Positions 11,908-22,883 of a stretch of 32,602 bases of DNA are shown here, in pieces. Source of the stretch: Bigelowiella natans CCMP2755 (lineage: Eukaryota > Protista > Cercozoa); contig ADNK01001862.1 in the NCBI GenBank assembly GCA_000320545.1, positions 1 to 32,602 of the forward strand, written 5' to 3'. A program made the position numbers and the translations under genes. Under the pieces are notes generated by a model that was not told the origin of the DNA, made no database searches, and saw only the letters and a list, made by a program, of their open reading frames with translations. How positions within the stretch are numbered: the stretch's first letter is position 1; every line of letters begins with the position of its first letter.

Positions 11908-12528
11908 AAATAAACATATATTAATATAGACTACGGCACTCATATATCCGAGGGTGCTATAGTGGCGTCCAGATTCACAACTGCACGGGTAAGTCATTCC
12001 GTCGCGCTAATGGAATGATGATGCGATGGAAGGAGACGATGGTGACGATGTTAGCGAAATGCGAACGATCATGATGCTGATAACTACGGTCCGGAGGAGG
12101 GCTGTTGTTGCTGCTGGCCGATTATCAATGATGGCGAGGATGAGCTGCTATCTCCTTCGCGTACCCGCGAATTCACCACGTTCTTTGAATGTCCTTTTCT
12201 CTAGGGCATTCTTCGGCACCTACCGAATATTTCGCTGCAACTGGTCAAGTACCTCGGTAATCAATCCCCCCCCCCCCCCCACAACATATGGAAAGTAATA
12301 TAGAGCGATGAGGACGATGATGATGATGATAATGATGATGACATGACGAAGATGGTTGAATAGTGATTTGCACGCTGAAGCCGATGATATGAATGCAAAA
12401 CTCCCCACCTTTTCCAGGTGATCTGGTGTATTGCTCTTGTGACACGCTGCAAGTGTTCGGTCGTAATACCAATCCAGTTCAGGTGAGAGAGAGGGGCGGT
12501 GCCCGTTGCTGCGATGATAATGATGATG

Positions 12529-12561
<33 letters not shown>

Positions 12562-12937
12562 ACACCAAAACATAGCGAAGTGGAGTAATACCCTCTTCGA
12601 GTAAATTGTGAATTCAAGGGAAAAACGACGATGCGTTGCGAGCTTTCTTGAAATTGTTGCTATTCGGTTGTTCAGTGAGGATTTCATATCTCGTTCCCTC
12701 GTCGTCGTCATCGTCCTCCTCCTTCTCCTCCTCCTTCTCCCAACGTTTCATGTCTATCCTGACAACTATGTGTGATTGCTTCTACCTGCGCCGACACCTT
12801 CCGAAAACAAATTACACTACATACACTAGTGGGCAAAGGCTTCCGCAGCGCTCACGGCGGCCATCTGTGCCATCCTCCTCCGCTGGGAGAAGATGTTCTT
12901 GCCAGAGGCCTCGCTCGAGATGACCAAAAGGCGGTAG
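8732..12937 (+). CDS. PEX11: Peroxisomal biogenesis factor 11 (PEX11 family), ~16 exons, ~378 aa
   Basis: Exons 8732-8751, 8919-8967, 9218-9254, 9358-9433, 9722-9792, 9946-9992, 10102-10141, 10401-10464, 10835-10871, 11083-11132, 11267-11569, 11754-11812, 11930-11988, 12205-12256, 12418-12482 and 12830-12937 all join in phase. Translation gives MPTFLDRLLKFLSTVDGHDKTLKAIQYGAKL, SSRFVTRLGYWLN, ISLQLVKYLGDL and ASAALTAAICAILLRW, matching the Pex11 motifs (G.DK...QY, R...RLG, LVK...DL, terminal TM ending in W). Confidence 0.85.
10261..10331. repeat. Compound (AC)n/(AT)n microsatellite in a PEX11 intron, representative of dozens of intronic SSRs
   Basis: Read directly. Similar tracts include ~1533-1569 (CA)n, ~6665-6693 (AT)n, ~25770-25812 (AT)n, ~28195-28230 (TTG)n, ~29311-29362 (GA)n and ~32227-32261 (GT)n. 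Confidence 0.95.
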
Positions 12938-14003
12938 GAGCTATTTAGCAGTCGATACATGGGGCAGCAGCATATGTGGTGGATGTGTACAGTTACGGCA
13001 CGTACGGCAAGGGATATGTACGCCAAGTCTTAATATATAATTGCGCATGCTTACATCCATGCGTGCGTTCGACTTTTCGTCGTTTCTAAATGCAGTGCAT
13101 TATTACGCGTACCGCATTGTATCATTACATTACGATGCGTTGTGGAGCTTTCAACTTTTCACTTTTGTCGGCATTCTCATTGTTCTCCGTCCACGTCTCA
13201 CCCCAGCGGTCCAGGCCATATGCAAGTTGCTGTACCAAAAACACTGAAGCGCGTATACGCGCTTGCTGCACTAATGTTTGCCATGCGGGCCCATCTTGCA
13301 CGCTTGCACGTTATGCACGTTGTTCGTTTGTTTCTGCATCTCACGCAGGTTATTAATAATGTTGTGCAATAATGTATAATAATAACCACGGCAATAATTA
13401 ATGTGGCTCTGTCTTTCATTTGCTTGCGCATCAGGGCGACTGTGTGTGCACACGCGCCATGTACTCTACTAGCTTACGCGCCGCACATTGCGCGCGCGAT
13501 GCAGCTCGCAATTGCGCTCGCTAGTGCTGTGATGGTGTGACCAAAGCGAAGACATACACGTCATGCGATTTCCACATCGCTATCTAGCTGTACCTAATTT
13601 CTTGCTGGCGAGCTTCTTACAAGCAATGTAAGTAAGCAGAGCTAGAGAGAGGCAGATCGCAGCTAAAATAGTCTGTGCTGGCATTCATGGCGCCCGCGCA
13701 GAGTTGCATCAGGAGCGGCATGGCGCGTGTTGGCGCTTCAAGCAGTCTATAACATATTATATAAAACTAGATGATGTGCCTTGCAACAGAAAACGACGAA
13801 CACGCTTATTGTGTGATCGGGCTGTAATGTGTATTGATGTTATTAGCGGATATTGTTGGGTGCCGAGGCAATTATGCTACCCTAGTTTATTGCTACTAAA
13901 TGGTGCTGGTTGATGCTAATGAAACTACTGCACAACTCTAGATATACAAACACCGATGTTATGTGTGTTCAATTGCAGAAGTAGGGGTGAATGAATAATC
14001 CGC

Positions 14004-14826
14004 CTATGGATCATCCCTTTTCATAACAAACACGTTGCCTTTATGGTCACGGGCTACACGCAGGTTCTCATCAACGTATGTGTTGTCGAGCCATGCAGGT
14101 GTACCCTTACCGCTAACCTGAAAAGATCGGGGGGGAGGGGGGGAGAGAAATCAAAAATGATGGCGATGGTGACGGCATTATCTGAACGAGGAATGGGAGA
14201 GAAATGATGTTTTTTAAATCCAACCCTCTCTGTTCCATTATGGTATGAAAGAACAATTTAGGAATAAAATCGAGCAGTGTTTTTGCTGCCGCTACTCCCG
14301 AGCACAACTACAAAACAATTTACCTCCAGCTCCCATTCAATCATTTGCCTTGCCGGATCAGTTGGGGGGGCAACGACCTTGACGCCTCCAACACGGTACT
14401 GCTCGAATTTGACCTGTTATTGTCATTATTATTTTCATTATTATTATCATTATTTTAGCATCATCATCATTGTCATCACTATCCAACAAAACCGACGGGA
14501 AGGTGGGGGGGGGGGGGATCAACCTCTGCCCTCGAATTTGATTTGGGGAACAAGTCGCCTGCAGCTGATGTAGTCCATCTTACGAAAGGAAACGGCTCAT
14601 ACGCTTGCTCGTTCAAGATACGCAGGCCGAAGATATCGATGCCTGAAAAGCGTATCATCCATTCATTCAGTATTATCGGTAAAAACAACACATCTTTGAT
14701 GTGCTCCGCACCTCCACCACCTCCACCACCACCATATCATCATCATCATTATCATCGTAATCGCCTATAATGGAAGAGTCTTCCTACCCGAAATGGATGG
14801 TGACTCTAGGCCAGAGAACATACACA

Positions 14827-14857
<31 letters not shown>

Positions 14858-17512
14858 GAAAGAGAGAGAGATAAGCCTCCTTTCCATGTGAATTGTTTCG
14901 AGCAGTCAACTACTGACTGCATTGAAACAATGAGGCAGAAGTAGTATAAACACTCATCATCCTCTTCTTCACTCTTGACATTTGCATACACTAATTCATT
15001 ACACTACACATACCAACCCAAATATACACACTCTCTACATATTCCATAATATTCATATAATTATTACTTTGATAGATAGGTCCACTTGGCCTTATAGGGT
15101 TGCCTTCTCCCAGCACTCCTTTCGCTGTGGTGTAGAGGAGCGCCCACCGCCCATTGAGAAGTGGGTTCTTTAGTGGCGTTTTCGTCGGATTTCCGGCCTC
15201 CATAGCTCTCACGAGCTTCTCTATCTTCTCCTGTGCCTCTTCTGTTGCTTTTAGACCACGGTCAACGCCTGCAGAGGGGGGGGGGGGGGATAGGAGGAGC
15301 AGCAGGGAGGAAGAAGAACAAGAATAAGAAGAAAAAGGAGGGGGGATGTGCTCAGGAGAAGGACAAGAATAGGAGGGGAGGGGGGAGGGGGGGAGCATCC
15401 AAGTCGAAATCTGCTCGACAACTACTACTCTGATAAATTGCAGCAGCAGTAGCATGCAAGTAAGCAGGAGTTTCTTCTTTCGTACGCAAATCAAAAATCT
15501 ACTCCTACTACCGCTACTACTACTACTACTACTACTACTGTTCTACCTGAGATTTCCATGAGGAGCTCTGATTTACATTCGGACAACGTCTTCTTCTGAC
15601 CATCACCAAAGTTGTACTGAATGACGGTGTTGAACTGGTTGTTGACGCTCACGGGGCTGTTCACTAGGGTCGCAGCGCCTTTAGCAAGGAGCCCTGTGAG
15701 CCAGTTAGTTCCCTTCTTGGCAATCTTTGTTTCAGTCTCCGACACCTAAAAAGAGGAGGAGGACGTGGGAGAGGAAGAAGGATTCAGAAAGAAGAATGCG
15801 TCAGAAACTACTTGTTTCATAAAGATAGGCTGGGGGTTACATAAACAACGAGAACAGCTGTTGTTCGTGAGACGGACCTAAAGCTAACACCACCTCCAAC
15901 CATGTATTTTTATCAGCATCACCAATACCATCGTCATCATCATTATTATGCTCCCTGGCACATGCTGATGTTAGGAGTTCCTTCCATGTATTTGTAGTTT
16001 TTCCTCTTCTTCCTCCTCCTCCTCCTCCTACCTGTTGGGCAATCTGATCGGTCATAAGTTGGTCCTCTTGCAAAGAGGCCTTCCTTACGTCCTGCTGTGG
16101 CATAATCACACTGACACTATCGTCACCATCATTATCATCTCTTGCAGTAGTAGGAAGGCTGCTCTCTGCGCTCGTCGTCGGTAAAACCGCAGCAGCAGCA
16201 GCAGCAGCATCCGTCTCCATAGTGAGAGATGCAACCTCACTCTTGGTCACGACATCTACCTCCCCTGTGGCCTCCACGGCATTGCTGCTGCTAGGACCAG
16301 CTCGAGAATTGGAGGGGGAGGGGGAAGAACTGCTGCTACTGCTACTTGCCATTCCTTCTCCTGCCCCCCCCCCCGACAAGATCTCGCTGAATGTCTCCTG
16401 GCTTTGCGAAATCACAGGTTCAGGGATCTCGGCAGGCTGTTCCAGCTATGGAGGGTGGGGCGGCAGCAGCAGTAGCAAGAGGGAGAGGAGGGGGAGGAGG
16501 AATTAAAAAGATGTGATAGAGGGCAACACACGTAAGGACGGGTAAGTAGGATGGTTTTGGCAACCATATTACTACAGATATGTAAAACATGAAACCAACA
16601 GCAGCAGCTCAAAACTCCCACCTCTATCTCGGCGCCACGTGCCTCGACTATTCGAAGAACGCTTGGGTCATCGGTTCCAGCCTCTGCAGCGGCCAACTGC
16701 TCTTGGGTTAATGCCTTTATGGTGTTTTGGTCTGCTTCTTGTTGCTCCGTGCTGATATCCTCCATCAAAGATGGTGGTGGTGGTGATGATGATGATGATG
16801 ATGATGGTGCGGTTGCTCCCAGATTTCGAATCAACGATTTGAAAGGGTCGTAGCTCTCCTCACTGGCGCCTGAGAGCTCTTGCTGCTGTTGATCGATGTG
16901 TTGGGTGGAGGTACCCTGTTCTTCACCAGTGTCTTCTTCGATACCTGCGCTCTTTTCGTCGCCGACAGCGCCAGCAGCCATTGGGGGGTTAAGTTTATAG
17001 ATTGCCCCCGTGTCCGTTTGAATGTACTCACGATTCAGAACTTGTGCTTGGGATGTGGCAATCACCTTTTCACCATTGATACATAATAATAGTCAGACAA
17101 CGTGGGCTACTATGCGTGGAGGTGCGGCATGGCGCCACGGGGACGGTAACATACAACATCGGTGTGCTGCTTTTGCATCGTTCACGACGAGCCCACACAC
17201 CTTTCCTTCTGAAATGCCCTCCCTGTGGTACACTTCCCCTTGGAACCTGCCATCTTCTAGTCTGACCCAATTTCTAATCTCTGGTGCCGGTTTGCGTAGC
17301 CCCGCTGCTGCTGACGTCGCTGCGGTTTGCCCCCCCGAGCCGCTATCCGTGGTGCTGCCAACATTTCTACCCACTTCCTCCGAGAAACAAGCTACAGCCT
17401 TTCTCCTTCCTGCAAAATAATGATGCAAGACGATGGATGCATGCTTTCAGTGAAACCACGAAACCTGTGTCGGTCTCCCCCCCCGCACGCGTTCTCTCCT
17501 CTCTCTTTATGT

Positions 17513-17551
<39 letters not shown>

Positions 17552-18089
17552 GAGTAAGTCTGTCTCACGAAATAATAGATGGAAAAGGTGAGGATGGGCT
17601 CTCTGATCACAAGAATCATTAGTCTCATCATCAAACACGGCATTATTCGTTCACTGACGTCCGCTGCGTGATGTCCTTCGGGTCTGCCTGTGTGCACTAG
17701 GCGGGGGGGCAACAATGGTGGTAGTTGCGGTCACAGAACTCCGTGGCACATGGAATGGGCTGAAAATGTATGATCCAGAGGTAGAAGGGCTTATTATCCT
17801 GTGAGAGGAAGCCAGAAGATCCTGGCTACGACCCTGATTATTGAGTTGATGGCGCCGTCAGCAACAGCCGAATATCTTATTCGCTAGTTTGCGGGAAATC
17901 AAGAAGCTATGATTGTCGTTTGGCGATCATGTAACCTTTATACAACGATTAAGTTACCTGTGGGCGTATGGCGAGTAAGATTATGAGAATTGCGGGAAGG
18001 AGTGCGACCAAGACGATGAATGAGCTTCGTCGCCTTACTGTTGTCACAACAGGGCTGCAGTGCCCCCTGAGACTGAAATCGCGCTGCAT
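14004..18089 (-). CDS. Plastid lipid-associated protein (PAP/fibrillin family) with a long N-terminal extension
   Basis: The C-terminal exons spell [18 protein letters not shown]...[14 protein letters not shown]...[12 protein letters not shown]...IYQSID...VKFEQY...[24 protein letters not shown], the PAP_fibrillin pattern. Exon 1 (18089-17958) encodes MQRD...[18 protein letters not shown] (signal), followed by an S/T/R-rich transit-like exon. Stop TAG at 14006-14004. The 5' exons are less certain than the domain call. Confidence 0.8.
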
Positions 18090-18686
18090 TTCCCGGAGTA
18101 CTTTGTGGGGCAGATCTGATAATAAATCTGTTGCCCTTCCTTAGCTTCCGCGTGTTGAATGCGTTCGGAAGGGCGGGAGAAGAGGAGAGGGAGGACTGGG
18201 TTGGGCTATAGGGTACGAACACAATTGGCCAACAAGCGCGGGAGCTCCTACAGATCAAGGTTATTTTGTGTCGCTATGCTGTAAACGAGGAGATTTATCT
18301 TAAAAAAATGACAATGTTTCCCTATTAGCATTCTTCTTTAGGACCTGTCTTTTGCATCTCATTGCAAGACATAAGCAAGGTAGCGACGGGAGATTTGGGC
18401 CTGGAAAAGGGCGAAAAGGCCGGACCTCCAGGTGCAGGCGGTTTGGTCCCGGAAAAAGACCCTGCTGAGCGCTACAAACACAGTGATTAGGGCGAACTTT
18501 GGACACATTTCGGGGGATCCTCCGGGTTTCTGCTGGCAAAGAGCGACGGGCACCAATGGGTTGTTGCTGTTGCAATGACATGCGACGATCGAATCGAACA
18601 AAAAATCGGCATCGCATCAGGGAAAAAGAAAAAGGGAAACAACACAAGAAAAATGATCGTAGGATGTCGATACGACGCGTATGTGG

Positions 18687-18703
18687 AAAAAAAAAAGGAA
18701 AAA
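18687..18703 (-). terminator. RNA polymerase III oligo-T terminator of the tRNA-Arg
   Basis: T5 and T10 runs on the - strand, beginning about 10 nt after the tRNA 3' end. Confidence 0.7.
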
Positions 18704-18712
18704 TTGGGGACG

Positions 18713-18785
18713 AACACCTGCCGGGAGTCGAACCCGGAATCTCCTGCTCCGTAGGCAGGCGCCTTATCCATTGGGCCACAGGCGC
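18713..18785 (-). tRNA. tRNA-Arg (anticodon ACG), 73 nt, no intron
   Basis: GCGCCTG TG GCCCAATGGATAAGGC G CCTGC CTACGGA GCAGG AGATT CCGGG TTCGACT CCCGG CAGGTGT T folds into a cloverleaf with A-box, B-box (GGTTCGACTCC) and A20. Confidence 0.95.
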
Positions 18786-19128
18786 AAACTCAATTTTAGC
18801 ATAAATGAATTATTAAATGACTCAGAAGTAATTTTATGCATCATATACACCTGATGTTTTGAATTTATAAGTACGACATAGACATTAGCATGTCGCAGGT
18901 ACCAATAGGAAGATGATTTTCTCTCAGGAATATTCGACTTTTTTCTTCTTCGGCTGGCAAGGGCGCGCCCCTTTCCATCAAGCCGCCGGGTTCGCGTTTA
19001 CCCCCATCCTCGACGCGTGTTTCCCCTAGGTCCAGAATAAAATAGTGCCACTCAATAGTCTCCTTGGTGTCTCGCGTCACCGTCATCACGAAGGAGGAGA
19101 AGAAGGGGAGAACTACGCCGGAAGTCTA

Positions 19129-22089
19129 ATGTGGAATCTGCAGCGCTTCTCAAGACCCAGTTGCCTGGTGAGGCGATTTTCCGTTAAGACGGGGCTGCAT
19201 CGACACGGAAGTGCTAAGTCTAGCAGGAAGAAGAAGTTGCTTGTCGCGGTCTGTTTTGGGGCATTCGGCCTTTTCATGCGAGGCAAGTATTCAAATCAGG
19301 GTATGTATGATGGAGGCTCTATGTGGTTCAATTGATAGTTCTTATGAGTGTGTGTATTTTCAGTTCTAGCTCTAGATGGAAACTTGCCCCCCCAGTTCCG
19401 CGATTCCGATTATTACACCGAGCCGGCTCCGACACCTGAAGAGTTGGCAAGGTTTGTATTTTATGGTAGTCTCGGGGTGGGGATTCCATCGAGCCTTCGA
19501 TATCACCTTCGAACCAAAAGCATTTGTTTGTATGAAACACTCCCATGGCCTGTTCGCCCTCGTCCTAATCGTCTTCCATCCTTATTTTTTCCCACTTCTC
19601 GTCAGTATATCTGCAAGGCTACAATCAGTCCGCATAGGATTTCTAGCCTCCAACCAGAAAGCCAAGAAGGTGCTCGGCTCGATTGCACACTGTGCGGTAA
19701 GTAGAGGCGTTCCTGTTGCTTCTCCCGAGGAAACATGCAACTGATTCTTCGTGAAATATTGTTGTCGTAGAACAAATATCGGGTCTGTATAGAACACATC
19801 CCCCTTGCAGTTGATGAGAAGACACATCAGGACTTTTCGAGAAACGGTAGCAGCAAAGTGAATAACAAAGATAGTTGCAGGGACCGTAATCTAGAAGACA
19901 GCAGCAGCTTCGAGCTCCCGCCTCAGCAACAATCTCATCATCATCAGCAGCAGCAAAAGTTTGATATCATCCTTCATAAAATACCGAATACCGGTACAAG
20001 CAGGATCTCATCGCAGCGCATGCTGAATGAACTCCAGACTGCAAATCCGAACCTATTGCTCATTGACCCGCCCTCCATGGCTATTCGTGCAACGGACCGA
20101 GCCTTGCATGCCAAGTTGTGCATCGCTCATTTCAATCGCAATCTGCCGGCAAAAGAAGGCAGCAGTGACAAGAACAGCAGCAGCCAACATAAATTTGGAT
20201 TTGCCGATTCTGCGGTGTTGCTTCCATCAGATAGGATGGAGCAGGTTGCTCAGGCGAGGGAGTGGGTCACGAGAAACAAGTTAACATTCCCGCTATTATT
20301 CAAGCCCTTGGTCAGTATTTAGCAGTTGTGAAAGGAGAAGGAAGAGAGAAAAGAAGGAAGGTTACTAGAAGGGTGGTGGCGGCGAAGAGAATGGTGCGCG
20401 TCCTATCGAATCAATTCCTTTATCGCCCCATCAGAGTTTAGTCCTGACTCTTTTTGTTCATGTCTGATCGGGATAACACACAACTCACAGGACACAATAC
20501 ACACACTGCAGCGCCGTCTAACAACTAAATTTGCGCTCCCAAACACAACTGCCTTCTCGCTGCTAATTTGCCACACATCAGACATGTGGAGAAGGGCATG
20601 ACATTTGCTTGGTGTTCGGACCGCACGGATTGGTGACTGGAAAGGGGGAGGAGGGTAGCGCTTCGACAGGAGAGCCTCGCCCCGCCCTCATCCAGCAGTA
20701 CATCCCTCATAGAAACCAACTACTCTACAAGGTTTGAGTCATTAATGAGTGCTTGCTAGCTAGATCTATACTCATCACCCGTCGTGGCGGCACAACCAAT
20801 GAACGACAACGGTGATCCCTTAAATCTTTTAAAGAGCTGCTGTGTAGTAGGGACAGAACCTATCGGTGGCTTAGCGCTTTTCTGAGGCATGTATGGGCAG
20901 CAAATTAGCATGTGCTTGAGACTCGACGCATAGCTAGCTCCGTCCCTCAATATACGACCGACGACAGCAGCGAGGAAAGACGAACATCTGCGTTTTCCTC
21001 TCTCTCTCTCTCTCTCTCTTTCTCTTTCTCAGGTATATGCGCTGGGTCGAGAGACCATGATTACGCAGCGCCCTTCGCTACCGCTGCTTTCCTCACAAAG
21101 TTCATGCTGATACATCCTAACCCTGACTAATATTTTATTACTCATCCTTCTTCGTGATTTCTTGTCATCATCACTCCTCACCTCCCTTCTACCAGGTGAG
21201 AGGGATGATGGCTCCTCTCCCCCCCCCCCCCCGCGTGAGAACTGGCACTTTGGGCGCATTTCATCCGAAGCTCCTCCCAAGGGGACACCATTAAAGCCCC
21301 CAGGTCATGAACGGTTATAAAAGACCATTAGGCAAACATTTGCACCTTGGCCATTGTATTTTCCAGAGTATACGCCATCAGCAAAACAGTGTTGCCGTCA
21401 CGTGTACCTTGGTACTATCTGCCGTGCTTCTTTCCCACAACACCACTGCTACCTGTATGCATGTGCATTATGATTGAACATAATGACTCGTCAAGTACCG
21501 TATATCAGATAAGGCCACCGTCGAGCTCCTTATCCAGCTCACAGATGAGATGCGACATCTGCTGGGACTTCAACTTTTCAACATCGACGCTGTGGTTGAG
21601 GTCTGCATCTTCTCTAAGTGGTGTCGCAAGTGGCGCTGTTGCTGTGACCTATCTCCCTCTCCTTTCGCACTACAGCATCATCATTATCATCACCACCATC
21701 ATCATCATCATCATGATTTCATCATCATATCTGCATCATCATCATCTTTCCTGATCCAACCTCCTCGCTATCAGGAGGAAACGGGACGTATCTTCGTAGT
21801 CGATGTCAACTACTTCCCTGGGTAGCAGCTCTTGTAGTAGGAACAAATGGTAGAAGTGTTTGCGTACCAATGAGCACATGCAGCCCTGAGTGGTGCTTGG
21901 AAAAGACAAAATCAGGGTTTATTTTGGCTATCGTTGTTGTTGTTGTTGTTGCGTCACACGTGTTCGTTCGACCTGCTGATGCCTGACAGAAGTATCTACT
22001 ACTGTAGGTACCAGAAGTGTATCAGGGACCTCGGGCCGCGCTTCCTCCGATTTCTTGACCGCGTCGCTCAGGATGCCGGGCGAGGATAG
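19129..22089 (+). CDS. ITPK1: Inositol-tetrakisphosphate 1-kinase / Ins(1,3,4)P3 5/6-kinase (ATP-grasp), multi-exon
   Basis: Spliced motifs: VRIGFLASNQKAKK, FDIILHK, LLLIDPP...DR, LTFPLLFKPL|TCGEGHDICLVF, LIQQYIPH..LLYK|VYALG, RPSLP, LGLQLFNIDAVVE and GRIFVVDVNYFPG|YQK. This is the ITPK1 signature set in the correct order. Stop TAG at 22087-22089. Confidence 0.9.
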
Positions 22090-22883
22090 AGAGGGGGGGG
22101 GAAACAAAAACTTGTGCCGCAGGATGCTTTAGCTGGCAATTTCACTTTCCCTCACAACAATGCAAAACTACTACGCTACCGTAAGTTTGGGAGCTCGTAT
22201 CAATATCTGAACCTCTTAAGTTATGTAACGATGACTGACCTCTATATCCTCTGGGAGATCGACCAAACCTCAGAACGCCTCTTGTACGTACGCGACACAT
22301 TGCGCTGTTGTATCATGTACCTCCAGTGATGCATAATACTTGCTTGTAAGCACATAAAAACTTAGGAACACCTTTGGAGTCAGTATACACTCTACATATT
22401 CCAAAACATTGCTAAAATATTCATATTTGTGTGCACAGCTGTACAATGTATTTTCACATCACCCCGGGTAGCAACAATAGTAGCAAAATTACAATATGCG
22501 CTTGCTTTTTACGGCCTCCCCCGCGCAGAGCGAGCATTGAAGCGCCCGATGTACCAATTAATTCATGCATCGCACGTCTAGACATAGTCCCAGCTGCAAG
22601 TTAAGTCTATTCTGCGCTATATATTTGGGTTATTTCTAGATTTGGTCTGCCGCGATGTATGGCGCAGCGGTTTGGATGCTTTTCATAACGTGCCAGGGCT
22701 ATACATAAGTAGAGTAGAATCGTGCTTGGTCAGTAAATGAAGACTTGACATGCACATAACTACTGTGCTGCGGTGTAATGCTACTTTTGTCCACAGCTCA
22801 GCGTATTCACGCGACAACTCATTGTTCCAACTGGGCGACGACGCCCGTATTATGCTCGGCGTAATTTTCTTTGCCAATTGTCA

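Noticed and set aside
18300-18779. 159-aa ORF beginning MAQWIRRLPTEQEIPGSTPG
   Set aside because: It is a translation of the tRNA gene and its terminator, not a protein.
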